The notes under the pieces were generated by a model, which searched no databases, was not told the DNA's origin, and worked only from the letters and a program-made list of their open reading frames with translations. 64,000 nt of DNA, taken from positions 83,479 through 147,478 of the forward strand of contig CBDBHE010000007.1 in the NCBI GenBank assembly GCA_965205605.1, read 5' to 3'. Below are positions 29,180 to 38,545 of this stretch, piece after piece (positions within the stretch are counted from its first letter, which is position 1; the number at the start of each line of letters is the position of its first letter). This DNA is from Spirochaetota bacterium (GTDB lineage Bacteria; Spirochaetota; UBA12135; COTS27; CBDBHE01). The position numbers and the translations under genes were made by a program.

Positions 29180-29425
29180 ATGGCAAGTAAAAAAGGAAAA
29201 GGATCAACTGCTAACGGTAGAGATAGTCAGTCCAAACGTCTTGGAATCAAAAAATACGATGGAGAAGTTATTAAAGCCGGTAATATTATAGTACGCCAAA
29301 GAGGGACTCGTTTTTATCCTGGTGAAAATGTTTCTATAGGGAGAGATCATACTCTTTTTGCTCTTAAACAAGGTCAGGTAAAGTTTTTTTCTAGTAAAAA
29401 TAAAAAACTCGTTAGTGTTATTTAA
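29180..29425 (+). CDS. rpmA: 50S ribosomal protein L27, with no N-terminal propeptide
   Basis: [28 protein letters not shown]... An in-frame stop nine codons upstream rules out an N-terminal extension. Confidence 0.85.
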   Translation: MASKKGKGSTANGRDSQSKRLGIKKYDGEVIKAGNIIVRQRGTRFYPGENVSIGRDHTLFALKQGQVKFFSSKNKKLVSVI

Positions 29426-29428
29426 CTA

Positions 29429-31264
29429 ATGTGTGGCATTTTTGCTTGTATTGGCATTAAAGAAATCCACAAGGTCCTTTTAAACGGATTAAAAAGACTG
29501 GAGTATCGAGGGTATGACTCAGCTGGGATTTCTTTTATTGATAACAATAAAAAACAACTTCGTGTTTATAAAGAGGCTGGGAAAGTCTCAAAACTAGGGG
29601 CTAGGATCTCTGAGCTTAATAATAAAGAAACACAGGTAGGCATTAGCCATACTCGTTGGGCCACACATGGAAAACCTAATAAAAAAAATGCCCACCCCCA
29701 TGTAAATAAAAAAAAAACAATTGCGATTGTTCATAATGGCATCATTGAAAACTACATTGAGCTCAAAGAAGAGCTTCTTAATTTTGGGTATAAAATTATT
29801 TCGGAAACTGATTCCGAGTTACTCGTTCATTTAATTGACTATTTTTACAAAGGAGATTTAAAAAAAGCTCTTAAAAAAGCTCTTTCAAAAGTAGTCGGTA
29901 CCTATGGAATCGCTGCTATTTCAAGAGAAGAACCCAATAAAATTTTTGGAGCCAGAAAAGGTTCTCCTTTAATTGTAGGGGTTAAAAATGGGTCTGCTTT
30001 TCTTTCTTCTGACACTGCTTCAATTGCCCCTCACACTAAAGAAGTCATTTATTTAGACGACGGAGAAATTATTTCTTTGGAAAAAGAAAGTTATAATATT
30101 TCTTCGTTATCCAAAAAATCGATCGAAAAGAAAACCACTTATATTGATTTTGATACCACTTCTATTCAAAAAAGAGGGTATGAACATTTTATGTTAAAAG
30201 AGATTTTTGAACAAGTAGAATCAGTTCGAAATACGTTTTTAGGAAGAATCTCTTTAGACAAAGGAACTGTCACTTTAGGGGGACTAAATATGAGTATCAC
30301 AGAAATTAATAAAATCAAACGAGTGGTGATTCTTGCTTGTGGGACTTCTTGGCATGCCGCCATGTTAGGCGAATATTTTATTGAAAATTGGGCTAATATT
30401 CCTGTAGAAGTTGATTATGCTTCTGAGTTTACTCACCGAAACTGCATTCTTGAAAAAGACACGTTTGTGATTGTTATTAGTCAATCAGGAGAAACAGCCG
30501 ACACATTAAGTGCTTTAAGAGAAGTCAAAAACAGAGGACTTAAAGTTTATGGAATGGTAAATACAGTTGGTTCAAGTATTGCAAGAGAAAGTGATGGAGG
30601 CATCTATATTCATGCTGGTCCTGAAATAGGAGTTGCTTCTACAAAAGCGTTTACATCTCAAGTGGTTGCCTTACTGCTTTTAAGTATTTATTTTGGAAGA
30701 GCACGCTTTTTATCCAAATCAAAGGGTATTGAAATATTAGAAGAAATCAACGACATTCCAAACAAAATAAAAGAAACTCTCCAATTAAAAGACGAAATCA
30801 AAAAAGTAAGTGAAAAATATCTCATCAAAAATCATGCCCTCTACCTTGGAAGAAGCTATAACTTCCCCATCGCTTTAGAAGGTGCTCTAAAATTAAAAGA
30901 AATTTCTTATATTCATGCAGAGGGATACCCTGCCGCTGAAATGAAACACGGTCCTATCGCCTTAATTGATAAAAATATGCCTGTAATTATCATTGCCACT
31001 CAAAGTCAACTCTATGACAAAACCCTCTCTAACATCCAAGAAATCAAAGCACGGGAAGGTAAAATCATTGCAATTGCCTCTAAAGGGGACTTGAAAATTA
31101 AAAATTACTGTGACCACGTACTTTATGTGCCTCAAACTATGGAAACTCTTTCAACTCTGCTTAATATCATTCCCCTTCAGTTAATCGCTTATTATACCGC
31201 TCTTGAAAGAGGGTGCAATGTTGATCAACCAAGAAATCTTGCTAAATCCGTTACAGTAGAATAA
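29429..31264 (+). CDS. glmS: glutamine--fructose-6-phosphate aminotransferase
   Basis: MCGIFACIG N-terminal nucleophile. Two SIS domains. C-terminal ..YYTALERGCNVDQPRNLAKSVTVE. Length 611 aa. Confidence 0.9.
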   Translation: MCGIFACIGIKEIHKVLLNGLKRLEYRGYDSAGISFIDNNKKQLRVYKEAGKVSKLGARISELNNKETQVGISHTRWATHGKPNKKNAHPHVNKKKTIAIVHNGIIENYIELKEELLNFGYKIISETDSELLVHLIDYFYKGDLKKALKKALSKVVGTYGIAAISREEPNKIFGARKGSPLIVGVKNGSAFLSSDTASIAPHTKEVIYLDDGEIISLEKESYNISSLSKKSIEKKTTYIDFDTTSIQKRGYEHFMLKEIFEQVESVRNTFLGRISLDKGTVTLGGLNMSITEINKIKRVVILACGTSWHAAMLGEYFIENWANIPVEVDYASEFTHRNCILEKDTFVIVISQSGETADTLSALREVKNRGLKVYGMVNTVGSSIARESDGGIYIHAGPEIGVASTKAFTSQVVALLLLSIYFGRARFLSKSKGIEILEEINDIPNKIKETLQLKDEIKKVSEKYLIKNHALYLGRSYNFPIALEGALKLKEISYIHAEGYPAAEMKHGPIALIDKNMPVIIIATQSQLYDKTLSNIQEIKAREGKIIAIASKGDLKIKNYCDHVLYVPQTMETLSTLLNIIPLQLIAYYTALERGCNVDQPRNLAKSVTVE

Positions 31265-31615
31265 TTTCAACTGTTGAAATAAAATAGCACCAAAGTACTC
31301 CCCCAACTACCTCTCTTTCACGGTTTCCAATACACACAAAAACCATCTTAGGTGATTACGTTCTAACTTATGCTTGATCTCCGCCATAACCATATTTCAT
31401 GATCATAACCCAAAATATATATTTCATTTAGGCCAAGTCCTTACTTTACATTACCTCACAAATCCAAGTATAAACACCACTTAAGATCTTTATTGTCTCT
31501 CATAAGAAAGCCTCTTTCAGGCTTACTAAAATGAAACATTTTAAACTCTCAATCACCTAAGATGGCAAAAAAATCTACTGAATGATACATTTTCTTTAAA
31601 ATTATAGGGGCTTAA

Positions 31616-32280
31616 AAAATACCAGTACCTGATTATCAAACGTTAATGAAACCAATTTTAGAAATCTCTGTGTCAGAGCAGAAATTTTCAGAAGCAGTTG
31701 AGGTAATGGGAAACTAGTTTAACCTCTCTGAAGATGACCAAAACGAAACAACAAAGCACGATAAAAACCTATGGAGTATTAGGGTTGGTTGGTCAATCAC
31801 ATATTTGCTAAAAGCGGGACTCGTTGAGCGATCTAGAAGAAATTATTTTAAAATTACAAAGATGGGAAAGGAGGTTTTGAAAAAGGCTCCCGATAAAATA
31901 AACTACCAATATTTATCTCAATTATCTGAATCTTTTCGAAATTTTATTAAAGGCAAATCAACCAAAAATACTTACCAAGATGACACTACTAAACTTACTA
32001 CAGTTTCAAACACAACCCCAGGAGAACACATTGACACTGCATTTATAGAGATTGAAGAGGTTCTCAAGGGTGATCTTTTAGATCGTATCCGTAAAAACTC
32101 TCCGAAGTTTTTTGAGGAATTGGTGGTGGCCTTATTGTCTGCGATGGGATATTTGTAAAAGTCAAACAACCCTACGAAGTCTGCTGGGGAGATGAAGACT
32201 TTTTTCTGGACTAAAGTTATGATCTCTAGGATAAATCGTTTTTTGGTGCTTTCTGCTGATTTTAATAGGGATACTGACAT
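31616..32280 (+). pseudogene. mrr: Mrr-family restriction endonuclease pseudogene (lost start, in-frame stop, truncated and degenerate catalytic domain)
   Basis: The translation IPVPDYQTLMKPILEISVSEQKFSEAVEVMGN*FNLSEDDQ..WSIRVGWSITYLLKAGLVERSRRNYFKITKMGKEVL....LLDRIRKNSPKFFEELVVALLSAMGY aligns with the Mrr N-terminal winged-helix and linker regions. There is a TAG at 31715-31717. The ORF stops right after MGY(L), and the downstream frames show only degenerate traces of the GDGGIDG catalytic region. Base composition here is unlike the surrounding DNA. Confidence 0.7.
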
Positions 32281-32494
32281 CTAAAAGAAAACCAAAAAAA
32301 GCTAGCGAAATTTTTTTAATCGATGAGAAGTCTATCAAAAACCTAGTAACAAAATTAATTTAATACCCTTAATCTCTAAAAGAGAAAATAAGTTTAAAAA
32401 AAAATCATTTGATCGTTAAAATCTAACTAAATTTAATTAACAGATGATTCTAAAATTGCATAAAAATAAAAAGAATGTAAAAATTCTACTCTAC

Positions 32495-32567
32495 GCTGGC
32501 TTAGCTCAATTGGTAGAGCAGCTGATTTGTAATCAGCAGGTTGCGGGTTCAACTCCCGTGGCCAGCT
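32495..32567 (+). tRNA. tRNA-Thr (anticodon UGU)
   Basis: The sequence GCTGGCTTAGCTCAATTGGTAGAGCAGCTGATTTGTAATCAGCAGGTTGCGGGTTCAACTCCCGTGGCCAGCT folds as a cloverleaf. Anticodon loop TTTGTAA. CCA is not encoded. Confidence 0.85.
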
Positions 32568-32687
32568 AAGTGTTTTTTTTTAAAAAAAAAACACTAGTTT
32601 AAATTTTTAATAATAAAGTGTCGATAATTTTATATACTTTACTTTATAATAAAATTTTAAAAAAAAAAAAAATTAGAGACAAAAATA

Positions 32688-33755
32688 ATGGAAAATAGAA
32701 CAAAAGAAGAAATCGCTTTAGACCTCTCCCAAGGAGATGAAAATATTAAAGATAAACTATTAAATGGAGAAATAAAAAATATTTTCATTATCAAGGGTTA
32801 TTTTGAAGACCAAAATAGAAAAAGAAAACATTATTTTTCTATGACAATGAAAAAAAACCCTGCAAGTATTCAAAACATAATCGCCACTTCCCCTTCTCTT
32901 TCTACAACAGGGCACATCAACATAAAAGAAAAATGGGAAAATTTTTTTTCGTTTCAATACGCTCAGTATGCTAGTAAAAATACAAGTAATAAAGAATCAG
33001 CTACTGTTATCAAAATACTACAAAGCATCACAGCTAATAAATTAACTTCTTTATTACACTCTTCTAACTCAAATCGAGATTTGGATCAAATATTAAATTT
33101 GTTTTCAGATAATCTCTACAATTACACCGGCCAAGATGTTAATTTAAAATGCCACATCGACAATATCAATGAGCTTGAATACATCTATGGGAATCAACAG
33201 ATCCAGCTAGCAGAACAACAACAAAGAGAAACGAAGGATAAAGACGCTAAAGATAATAAAGAACCTGAAGATATTAAGCCAACAGGCCCTAATTTAAGTA
33301 GTCTCAATTATTGGAAAGAACGCTACCCTAATATGGATTTTCTAAAAGCAACTAGCGTTATTAGTATCAAAGGTCAACCTCCAAACTATCATGAAAAAGG
33401 GGATAAGCTATATATTAAGCTTGACATTTCTTCTCCAAAGGAAAAAGAACTTGCAAAAAAACTAAATGTTTATAATGAAAAAACGGATCAAGCTTACAAA
33501 GTCGCCTCTACTATTTTAGAAATCACTAAAGATAATGTTGAAACTTATCATGTTGTAGCTCAAGTTACAGAAAATAAAGTAGCAAAGATATTAATAGAAG
33601 ACAAACATGCTTTATTAGCAGCTCCTACTCCTCCTAAAAAAAAAATGCTTGAAGACGAAATCAAAAGCAATAAAAAAAAATTGTTTAATTTTATTATGGT
33701 TGGATCTATCGTTTTGGCTTTTTTAATAGTCACTTTAATAGCTTTATTTCTCTAG
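32688..33755 (+). CDS. hypothetical tail-anchored protein with a single C-terminal transmembrane helix and no signal peptide
   Basis: The 355-aa protein is polar and Asn/Gln/Lys-rich and ends in ..LFNFIMVGSIVLAFLIVTLIALFL. It lies immediately 3' of tRNA-Thr. No family was recognised. Confidence 0.45.
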   Translation: MENRTKEEIALDLSQGDENIKDKLLNGEIKNIFIIKGYFEDQNRKRKHYFSMTMKKNPASIQNIIATSPSLSTTGHINIKEKWENFFSFQYAQYASKNTSNKESATVIKILQSITANKLTSLLHSSNSNRDLDQILNLFSDNLYNYTGQDVNLKCHIDNINELEYIYGNQQIQLAEQQQRETKDKDAKDNKEPEDIKPTGPNLSSLNYWKERYPNMDFLKATSVISIKGQPPNYHEKGDKLYIKLDISSPKEKELAKKLNVYNEKTDQAYKVASTILEITKDNVETYHVVAQVTENKVAKILIEDKHALLAAPTPPKKKMLEDEIKSNKKKLFNFIMVGSIVLAFLIVTLIALFL

Positions 33756-34430
33756 TTTATTTTTAAAAAAAGCAGCTTCTCTTTGAATAATTTTTAAAAG
33801 AGAAGGAATTTTATTTTTTTCAAAAGAAAAAATCCTTTTTGAAAATATTTTCAAATCTTCTTTGGTGTCAATGCTAATTCTCATTTTTGAATAATGGTAT
33901 TCTTTAGGTGCTTTTTTAATATTAATACAAAAAAGATGTTGGTTACGATAAAGAAACTGAGTTGGGTGTTCTCTCTCAAAAGAATCAACTGCTAAAGAAG
34001 CTGCTTTTTTTAAACTAGCTGTTTTCACGACTTCCACCCCAGCTCCATAAGGTAGCCCTTCAAAATAAGACACGTCATGCCTCACCTTATCATGTAGCCT
34101 CACAATTCCAAGCAAGCACTTCACTGATGTCAATGGATTATCAGCGGTGACTCTTACAAAAGTGTTTGATGGCACTGCTTCACAAGCTTTTTCGTAACGC
34201 AAAAGCAAATCTTCTTCACTGCCCCCAACAATTAAAAGAGAATATTTTTTTTCTAAAAATGAAAAGGCTTCTTTTTCTTTTTCTGGCACTGCTAAAACAA
34301 GTGGCAACTTTGTTAAAAGCAAACGATCTAAAAGGTATTCAATGAGAGTCTTATTTTTTACTTTTTTAAAAACTTTTCCATACAGTCTCGCTGAATTAAT
34401 TCTTGCTTGAATAATAATAGGGACTTTCAT
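33744..34430 (-). CDS. cytidylyltransferase-family protein (SpsF / CMP-sugar synthetase-like)
   Basis: N-terminus MKVPIIIQARINSARLYGKV.. Also ..VRVTADNPL.. and ..EREHPTQFLYRN.. resemble the CTP_transf_3 family. Confidence 0.55.
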   Translation of the reverse strand: MKVPIIIQARINSARLYGKVFKKVKNKTLIEYLLDRLLLTKLPLVLAVPEKEKEAFSFLEKKYSLLIVGGSEEDLLLRYEKACEAVPSNTFVRVTADNPLTSVKCLLGIVRLHDKVRHDVSYFEGLPYGAGVEVVKTASLKKAASLAVDSFEREHPTQFLYRNQHLFCINIKKAPKEYHYSKMRISIDTKEDLKIFSKRIFSFEKNKIPSLLKIIQREAAFFKNKLEK

Positions 34431-35869
34431 ACCTTAAGAGAGGGTGGTTTTAAAGGTTTGAAATTTTTAAGAAAAGGGTTTACCGATGTTTTAATAAAAT
34501 CTACGGTTATCACATCACTAAGCCCAATATAATTTTTAGCATTTTTAAGTTTGTTTAATGCTTCTTCTGAAAGATTAAAAGCAGGCTCTGCTGCGATAAG
34601 TTGTAAAAGGTTATTATTTTTTCCTTCTTCTTTAATGCGTTTACCAGCCTCCATTGATAAGACTCGTATCACTTCATGAAGTTTTTGTCGATCTCCACCA
34701 TTTTTAACACTTTCCATTAAGATGTTTTCACTCATCATAAAAGGCAGCTCTTCTTGAAGATGCCTATCAATCATTTTTGGGTAAACAACAATTCCACTAC
34801 TAATATTGCGATAAATATCTAAAATAGCATCTACTGCTAAAAAAGCTTGCGGGATCGAAAGTCGTTTATTAGCTGAATCATCGAGAGTCCTCTCAAACCA
34901 CTGGGTAGATGCTGTGTAAGCTGTTGTGTGGTTTAAAGCCATCACAAAACGACTAAGAGATCCTATTCGTTCACTTTTCATCGGATTTCTTTTATATGGC
35001 ATTGCCGAAGAACCTATTTGATTTTCTTCAAAAGGTTCTTCTAATTCTTTTTTGTTTTGCAAAAGCCTCATGTCAAAAGCAAACTTCGAAGCACTTTGCC
35101 CAAGAGAAGATAAAATAGAAAGGGCCTTATCATCCAATTTTCTTGTGTAAGTTTGACCTGTAATGAGTAAATTTTTTTCAAAACCACATTTGTTTCGAAT
35201 GGATTCATCAATTTTTTTAATTTTTTTTAAATCGCCATTAAAAAGTTTTGCAAAACTTGCTAAAGTGCCTGTGGTTCCTTTGATGCCTCGAAAAGGAAGA
35301 TCCTCTATAAAATCAATGACTGCTTGCAAATCTAAAAGAAGCTCTTGAAGCCAAAGACAAGCTCGCTTACCAACAGTAGTCAATTGAGCTGCTTGAAAAT
35401 GAGTGTACCCTAAAGTAGGTAAATCTTTATATTTTAAAGCAAATTTTTTCAAATTAAAAATAATGTCTAAAATCTTACTTTTAAGAAGAAAAAAAGCTTT
35501 TTTAATCTGAATCAAATCCGTATTATCAACGACATAAGCAGAAGTGGCCCCTAAATGAATGATCGGTGCTGACTTAGGACAAAGATCACAAAAAGCATGA
35601 ATGTGAGCCATCACATCATGTTTAAAATTTTTTTCATATTGAGCAATCAATTCATAATCAAATTTTTCTAAGTTTTCTTTCATTTGATCAATTTGCTCTT
35701 TTGTAATAGAAAGCCCTTGTTCTTTTTGAGCTTCTGCTAAATAAACCCACAACTTTCTCCAAGTTGTAAATCTAAAATGAGAAGAAAAAATAAATAACAT
35801 TTCTTTTGAAGCATATCTTTTTTCAAGAGGATTTTCATACACATCATTAATTTGATTGTTTTGTTTCAT
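34427..35869 (-). CDS. purB: adenylosuccinate lyase
   Basis: Fumarate-lyase signature GSSAMPYKRNPMKSERI. Length 480 aa. Confidence 0.85.
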   Translation of the reverse strand: MKQNNQINDVYENPLEKRYASKEMLFIFSSHFRFTTWRKLWVYLAEAQKEQGLSITKEQIDQMKENLEKFDYELIAQYEKNFKHDVMAHIHAFCDLCPKSAPIIHLGATSAYVVDNTDLIQIKKAFFLLKSKILDIIFNLKKFALKYKDLPTLGYTHFQAAQLTTVGKRACLWLQELLLDLQAVIDFIEDLPFRGIKGTTGTLASFAKLFNGDLKKIKKIDESIRNKCGFEKNLLITGQTYTRKLDDKALSILSSLGQSASKFAFDMRLLQNKKELEEPFEENQIGSSAMPYKRNPMKSERIGSLSRFVMALNHTTAYTASTQWFERTLDDSANKRLSIPQAFLAVDAILDIYRNISSGIVVYPKMIDRHLQEELPFMMSENILMESVKNGGDRQKLHEVIRVLSMEAGKRIKEEGKNNNLLQLIAAEPAFNLSEEALNKLKNAKNYIGLSDVITVDFIKTSVNPFLKNFKPLKPPSLKV

Positions 35870-35905
35870 CGAATTCCCTTTTTTATGATCCCTTAATAAA
35901 TAAAA

Positions 35906-36832
35906 TCAACGTTTTTTTCGCTTTTTTCTCTTTAAAGCAAGTTTTTCTTTAAACCTAAAAAACACTTCAACTGAAAAAGAATTCTTATTCCCAGCCCAAT
36001 CTTCACATTCTCCCTCAAAAACATGCCTTTTTTTACGAGGCGTAAAAGCTCCTAAACGATAATTATGCTTAACACCATAAGTTTCTTTAAAAGAGTATTT
36101 AGAGGAAACAAGCAGATTTTTATTTTCTTTAGTCAAATAAGAAAAATCATAACTCCTTAAGGTTTTTCCATCGACTTTCAAAGTAATTTTTTTTATCCCA
36201 CACCCTGTATACGAATTAATGGGTGTTTTTGGAGAATAAAAAGGTTTTAAATCCCAAGCAACTATAAAAAGCTTCATAGTCCCCCCATAATTAAAAAAAG
36301 AACGATTCTTAATTTTATAAATCTTATTAGCAATAACAGCTAAAATAGCAGGCACACGTGGTTTCACAACATCTTCTATTTTGGGAAGGTATTTTAAAGG
36401 ATTGACAATACGTCCTTTTTTAAACTCTTCTAAAAGAAAATGAAGATGCGCTCCAAGTGATCTTCCTGAATTACCAGAAACCGCAAGAAATGTCTCAGGG
36501 TAAACTTTTACAAGATCTCTTTCAACGCTCCCTTTTTTTAAATGATAATAATAACTTCTTACTTCTTCATGTTCGATCACCATTAAATTGCCACAACCTA
36601 AAATAAGTTGTAAAGGATTTTTAGCACGATCTTTGGTAAAAATCACTTCCCCTTCTTTAATAGGGTACACTCTTTGGGTACCGGAAAAATCAATCCCATT
36701 ATGAAAATGATCCCCTCGAAACTCTCCAAAAAGAGACGTGATGCGGTTTCTCCTTACAGGAAACGAAGTCGCCTTCCAATTAGCTTCTAAAAATAAAGGC
36801 ACTAATAATAAAACAAAAAAAATAAGTCTCAT
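35906..36832 (-). CDS. M23 family metallopeptidase with a signal peptide
   Basis: Signal peptide MRLIFFVLLLVPLFLEA. HNGIDFSG and GNSGRSLGAHLHF are the M23 HxxxD and HxH motifs. Confidence 0.7.
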   Translation of the reverse strand: MRLIFFVLLLVPLFLEANWKATSFPVRRNRITSLFGEFRGDHFHNGIDFSGTQRVYPIKEGEVIFTKDRAKNPLQLILGCGNLMVIEHEEVRSYYYHLKKGSVERDLVKVYPETFLAVSGNSGRSLGAHLHFLLEEFKKGRIVNPLKYLPKIEDVVKPRVPAILAVIANKIYKIKNRSFFNYGGTMKLFIVAWDLKPFYSPKTPINSYTGCGIKKITLKVDGKTLRSYDFSYLTKENKNLLVSSKYSFKETYGVKHNYRLGAFTPRKKRHVFEGECEDWAGNKNSFSVEVFFRFKEKLALKRKKRKKR

Positions 36833-36975
36833 AATTACTAAATTAAATCAATACAAAACGATAGTATTTAGTTTTCATTGTATCAAAATTCCCTTAAAAA
36901 CACAATTTTTTTAAACAAAACAGCCAATGGTATAATTAATCTTTAAACAAAACAAATTAAGTTTTAGATTCAAAA

Positions 36976-37854
36976 ATGGCTTTAGAAATTAATGGAGAAA
37001 TCTTAGATGACGATTTAATCAATGAAGAATTAGATCATTTTAAAAAAAAACATGCTCCAGATCTAACTGAAAAAACACTCACTCAAAAAGAACTTTTAAA
37101 AAAAGTTAAAAATCATCTCATTAAAAAAACACTTTTATTTCAAGAAGCTAAAAAAAGTCATACTCATTTCTCTAAGCAAGAAATTGAAAACTTTTACAAA
37201 AAAAAAATGCAGTCTTATCAAAATGAAAATGATTTCTATACCCTCTACGGTCTATCTTTTTATCAAAAACAAAAAGTAAAACAACATCTTGAGCTTAATA
37301 TGAAAGTAGAATCTTTATTAGAAAATTACTGTAAAGACATTCAACCCATCACAAAAGAACATCTAAAAATGTTTTATGAAGATAATTTGTCCTCATACCT
37401 TAGTCCAGAAAGTTTTACCTTGGCTATTTTAGCAACACAAGACAGTCCTAAATTGAAAAAAAAAATCGACTTTATTCAAAAAGAAACAAATCTTATCAAA
37501 AAAAAATCAGCTTTTATTAATCTAATAAAAACCACACCCCCCTTAACAGAAGACTATTTATTAAAAGAAATTCCTAAAAAAGAGATGCTTAAAAACAATC
37601 AATTTCAATTAATTCATTTTGAAGAGGGAGAGATTGCTACAAAAGAAACCACCTATCAAAAAAAAACTTTTGCCATGATCATTAAAAAACATGCGAGGAT
37701 ACTACTTTCTTTTGAAAAAACCAAGCAAAAAGTTTATCAAGACTTAATCGAAGAGCTAAGAATCCTTAAAGTACAAGCTTACTTAAATCAATTGGAAAAA
37801 AATGCTACTATCATCGATGATGGTACCAATACTAATCTATTTTCTTTTTCTTAG
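36976..37854 (+). CDS. hypothetical protein, possibly a SurA-N-terminal-domain-like chaperone
   Basis: ALEINGEILDDDLINEELDHFKK resembles SurA/PpiD N-terminal domains. No PPIase domain was found. Confidence 0.3.
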   Translation: MALEINGEILDDDLINEELDHFKKKHAPDLTEKTLTQKELLKKVKNHLIKKTLLFQEAKKSHTHFSKQEIENFYKKKMQSYQNENDFYTLYGLSFYQKQKVKQHLELNMKVESLLENYCKDIQPITKEHLKMFYEDNLSSYLSPESFTLAILATQDSPKLKKKIDFIQKETNLIKKKSAFINLIKTTPPLTEDYLLKEIPKKEMLKNNQFQLIHFEEGEIATKETTYQKKTFAMIIKKHARILLSFEKTKQKVYQDLIEELRILKVQAYLNQLEKNATIIDDGTNTNLFSFS

Positions 37855-38056
37855 TTGAAAACAAAGGGTTAATTGGAGACAAGAAAATAAGTCCTAAAAA
37901 AAAAGAAACCATTAATAGAAGACTCACTTGTACTTCTTTAAAAGTCCAACCTAAAAAATTAATTTGCACACGTCTAGAAATATTTTGAACCACAAAAAAA
38001 ACAATAGCAATAATGAAAACCCATCTTAAAATAAGTCGAAATTGATTTTTCCCCAT
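37832..38056 (-). CDS. small inner-membrane protein, LapA/DUF1049-like
   Basis: Length 74 aa with two hydrophobic helices: MGKNQFRLILRWVFIIAIVFFVVQN...VSLLLMVSFFLGLIF. Confidence 0.35.
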   Translation of the reverse strand: MGKNQFRLILRWVFIIAIVFFVVQNISRRVQINFLGWTFKEVQVSLLLMVSFFLGLIFLSPINPLFSTKKKKID

Positions 38057-38101
38057 CTTTAATTTAAGTATATAATGTTTACAAATTGACTTTAATAGAC
38101 G

Positions 38102-38545
38102 ATGTATCTTTTACTTAAAAAAAAATCTTCTTCAGAAAAAAGCTCAAAAAAAATCGCCAAACTTATTTGGAATACACTAAACTTCAATGACAACATTATT
38201 GTTACAGGAGCTCTTGGAGCTGGAAAATCATTTTTTATTAGAGAAATCCTAAGGCTTTCAAAGGTAAAACCCCCTATCCCTTCTCCTAGCTTTTCTTTAA
38301 TATTGTCTTATGAAATCTATCTAAAAAAAAAATGGATTTCCTGTCATCATTTAGACTTATATCGCATTGCAAAAGAAAGCGAATTGTTTGATCTTGGCAT
38401 CAATGACTATTTAAATCAAAATTGTCTTATTTTTATTGAATGGGCCAATCGATTTCCTAATTATTTTAACAAAAAAATAACCAAAGAAATCACCATCAAT
38501 TTAAAAGAAAATAAACGTGTTATTTCCCTTTGGGAATATAATTAA
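38102..38545 (+). CDS. tsaE: tRNA threonylcarbamoyladenosine biosynthesis protein TsaE (YjeE ATPase)
   Basis: P-loop GALGAGKSFF. Conserved SPSF, HLDLYRI and the FIEWAN C-terminal motif. Length 147 aa. Confidence 0.65.
   Translation: MYLLLKKKSSSEKSSKKIAKLIWNTLNFNDNIIVTGALGAGKSFFIREILRLSKVKPPIPSPSFSLILSYEIYLKKKWISCHHLDLYRIAKESELFDLGINDYLNQNCLIFIEWANRFPNYFNKKITKEITINLKENKRVISLWEYN

Noticed and set aside
29429-29450. TGGCAT..TTGC near the glmS start as a second sigma-54 site
   Set aside because: The spacing between the GG and GC elements is two nucleotides short of the consensus, and it lies inside the coding start of glmS.
32568-32595. AT-only palindrome gtgttttttttt/aaaaaaaaaacac after tRNA-Thr as an intrinsic terminator
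   Set aside because: The stem is almost entirely A:T, so stability is doubtful. It is mentioned in the tail-anchored-protein finding but not called as a feature.
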